From: Neophaeotheca triangularis
Taxonomy: Eukaryota
Direction of reading: 5' to 3'
Length of the DNA stretch: 64,000 nucleotides
Assembly: GCA_054600435.1 (NCBI GenBank)
Contig: BAAIJX010000053.1
Coordinates: forward strand, 1-64,000
Shown here: positions 61,540-64,000 of the stretch, one piece after another
Layout of the letters: the number at the start of each line of letters is the position of its first letter
Numbering within the stretch: position 1 is the stretch's first letter
Position numbers and translations under genes: made by a program
The notes under the pieces: model-generated
What the model was told of the DNA's origin: nothing
Databases searched by the model: none
The model's input: only the letters and a program-made list of their open reading frames with translations

Positions 61540-62068
61540 GGCGCTTCGGCTGGGACTGGTTCAGGAGAGGGAAACACTGGTGGCTACTTCGGTTCGGGTC
61601 AGCACGACGGTTCGCAACACGACTCCAGCTCGCAGGACGTGAGGATGACGCAATGGTATCGCAATCGTGCTAACTCCAAGATTGCAGTACCAAAGGCCCC
61701 TCGCGGTGGATGGTAGAGCGCCCGCCTGACGGCTGCTTTACTTTACATCTGTCTAGCCTCCAACGAGACGCTGAAGTGGAGGATTGTAGACGCGACATGG
61801 GTCAGTGCCTTGCTGTGTACTAAAGTCGAAAGGCATTTTGAGCGAGCGACTGGCAAGGGATGTTGTGTGCTGGCTTTAATTACCCAATCGAGCCGGCTCT
61901 AGCTTACTTCGTTTCTGTGTAGCAATACTTGCAGTGCGGTGTAGCATGGGATTGATAGCGTTTGTAAAGCTAGCTAAGAAAATACCGAGAGCGAAATTAT
62001 TTACTGCACATCCCGCCTTTGCCTGTGCCCTGATAAAAAAGCAGCGCATCTCGTCATTTCCTAGACAC

Positions 62069-62078
62069 GTCACGTGAC
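62069..62078. promoter_or_regulatory. Palindromic E-box GTCACGTGAC upstream of NCR1
   Basis: Perfect 10-bp palindrome about 355 nt before ATG 62433; bHLH-type consensus. Confidence 0.35.
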
Positions 62079-62432
62079 TTGAGTGATGCTGTAACATGAG
62101 GCTCTGCGGCGAAGGGCACATCTAACCTGGAATCTGGGGAAGGAACAGGAACGGCTGGAGCTTGGTGACGTTTGTCGGCCGAGCTTCCATTCCATGGATG
62201 CTCTCGTCTCGTGCCACCTTACGAAGGCAACCGTGTCGCACGCCTGCAACAAACCACAACCAACTCTGAAAAGGCACAAAGCCATCCACCGCATAGCCTG
62301 TTTCCAACAAGCTCGTCTGCTTGAATCATTCGAACGATTCATAGGCACTCAACCAACAAACACTGTTTGGACCGACAGTGACACACTCGAAGCGCGGCTA
62401 ATAGCAAAGCTGCTCTTCGGAGCCCCCCTACC

Positions 62433-64000
62433 ATGAGGGCGCAAAATTGGGCGCCATGGCTCTCAGCAGCCTTCACCCTGCTCGCCTCGTCGCCACTCAT
62501 CTCGGCAGCTGCAAGGTCAGGCCCTGATCTCACAACCAAACACGAAGCAGGTCGATGCGCCATCCGCGGCCATTGCGGCAAACAATCCATCTTTGGCTCC
62601 GAGTTGCCTTGCCCCGATAACGACCTCGCCGAAACCCCCGAAGCCGACGTCCGCAAGAAACTCGTCTCCATCTGCGGCGACGAATGGGCAGACACCAAAG
62701 TCTGCTGTCGCGAAGAGCAAATCGATGCTCTGCAGAGCAACCTCCAGAAAGCGCAGAACATCGTCTCCGCCTGTCCGGCTTGTAAGAAGAATTTCTTCGA
62801 CCTTTTTTGCACCTTCTCCTGCTCGCCGGACCAGTCGTTGTTCGTCAATATCACCGAGACCGAGGAGAAGAGTGGGAAGTACTTGGTTACTGAGCTGGAT
62901 CAGCTCATTAGCGATGACTTTGGCAGCGGATTTTACGATAGTTGCAAGGATGTCAAATTCGGCGCTACTGGTGGCAAGGCCATGGAGTTCATTGGTGGCG
63001 GCGCAAAGAACTATACGCAGTTGCTCAAGTTCTTGGGTGACAAAAAGCCTTTCCTTGGCAGCCCGTTCCAGATCAACTTTCCGAGACCAAACGAGGCATT
63101 TGAGAAGGCCGGAATGGATACCGTTCTTGAGAAAGCGAAGCCCTGCAACAGCACGGATGAGCGGTACAAGTGTGCCTGCGTGGACTGCGAGGCCAGCTGC
63201 CCTGCTCTGCCGGATGTGGAAGAGACCAAGGAGTGCCATGTGGGACTGCTGCCGTGCTTGAGCTTCGGCGTGGTCATTGTCTACTCTGTCTTCATTACGC
63301 TTTTGATCCTGGCTGTATCGGGACATGTTGCCGCTGCGAAGCACCGTAAGAGCAAGAACGAGCGCTTGCAGCTACTGCAGGACGCCTCGCCGAGCGATGA
63401 TGAGGACGAGGGTGACATAGTACACACTGCTGGCTTCTCGGATCGCCCGACCAAGCACTACTTTGTCAATACTTGGTGCGACAAAGCTTTCAGCTCGCTG
63501 GCCAGGACGTGCGCCAACTTTCCGGCCATCACAATTGGGTCTTCGATTGTCGTTGTGGGACTGTTGAGCTTGGGATGGCTCCGCTTTGAGCTCCTGACTG
63601 ACCCTGTAGACCTTTGGGTTGCTCCCAACTCGGACGCGGCGCAAGAGAAGCACTTCTTCGATACGAACTTTGGGCCTTTCTTCCGCGCCGAGCAGGCTTT
63701 CCTTGTTAACGACACAGGTCCAGTCATGGATTACGATACGCTGAAATGGTGGTCCGATGTTGAGAGAGGTATCAAGGTCATGAAGAGCATGGGTCACGGC
63801 TACACGCTCGACGATGTCTGCTATAAGCCCACAGGGGAGGCTTGCGTCATACAGTCCATCTTTGAGTACGGTGGCGCTTTCGAACTTGATCGGGATACCT
63901 GGCAAGACACGCTACAGGACTGTGCTGACAAGCCTGTGGAGTGTCTGCCTGCCTTTGGCCAGCCACTACCCATTGAACGACTTCTTGGAGGCTATAATCG
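62433..64000 (+). CDS. NCR1: Niemann-Pick C1-like sterol transporter, 5' part (runs off the window end)
   Basis: Signal peptide MRAQNWAPWLSAAFTLL; Cys-rich NPC1 N-terminal domain (GRCAIRGHCG..LPCPDN, VCC, SACPACKKNFFDLFCTFSCSPDQSLF, CACVDCEASCP); TM helix; DPVDLWV..FGPFFRAEQ. No stop was seen before 64000. Confidence 0.95.
   Translation, partial: MRAQNWAPWLSAAFTLLASSPLISAAARSGPDLTTKHEAGRCAIRGHCGKQSIFGSELPCPDNDLAETPEADVRKKLVSICGDEWADTKVCCREEQIDALQSNLQKAQNIVSACPACKKNFFDLFCTFSCSPDQSLFVNITETEEKSGKYLVTELDQLISDDFGSGFYDSCKDVKFGATGGKAMEFIGGGAKNYTQLLKFLGDKKPFLGSPFQINFPRPNEAFEKAGMDTVLEKAKPCNSTDERYKCACVDCEASCPALPDVEETKECHVGLLPCLSFGVVIVYSVFITLLILAVSGHVAAAKHRKSKNERLQLLQDASPSDDEDEGDIVHTAGFSDRPTKHYFVNTWCDKAFSSLARTCANFPAITIGSSIVVVGLLSLGWLRFELLTDPVDLWVAPNSDAAQEKHFFDTNFGPFFRAEQAFLVNDTGPVMDYDTLKWWSDVERGIKVMKSMGHGYTLDDVCYKPTGEACVIQSIFEYGGAFELDRDTWQDTLQDCADKPVECLPAFGQPLPIERLLGGYN

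Noticed and set aside
62339..63905. Long antisense and alternate-frame ORFs (62517-63344, 62593-63261, 63372-63905)
   Set aside because: Shadows of NCR1, whose true frame is absent from the ORF track because it has no stop within the window.
1..64000. Secondary-metabolite cluster, transposon, CRISPR or rDNA
   Set aside because: No PKS/NRPS, transposase/RT, terminal repeats, spacer arrays or rRNA motifs were recognised.

Overview
This is a gene-dense nuclear region of a filamentous ascomycete: short GT-AG introns with CTRAC/CTRAT branch sites and typical fungal housekeeping genes (Dothideomycetes is a guess). About 25 protein-coding genes can be built by hand. They include a YANK/STK32-type AGC kinase, UBC8, a SIRT5/CobB-class sirtuin, NFU1, ureG, ICP55, a Pol-iota-like Y-family polymerase, a GatC/GatF-like subunit, DPH1, an MpaB/DUF2236 oxygenase, a tannase/feruloyl esterase, a RecQ helicase, ARG8, an MFS transporter, MEU1/MTAP, BCKDH E1-beta, a DUF2433 protein and the 5' part of NCR1/NPC1, plus several orphans. 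No intact transposon, rRNA or canonical tRNA was seen. Three features stand out. (1) A 28-nt segment about 120 nt upstream of the Y-family polymerase matches the U2 snRNA stem-I/branch-recognition core, except GUAGUA is changed to GCAGCA, which is Watson-Crick complementary to the UGCUGAC branch variant used by introns in this window. (2) A structured A-box/B-box (Pol III-type) non-tRNA RNA candidate lies at about 45.34-45.60 kb. (3) A splice donor overlapping the kinase stop codon could add a ~410-aa tail carrying about nine RK(V/A)RSK-like repeats. All gene models and family calls come from reading the sequence and recalled motifs, not from database searches.
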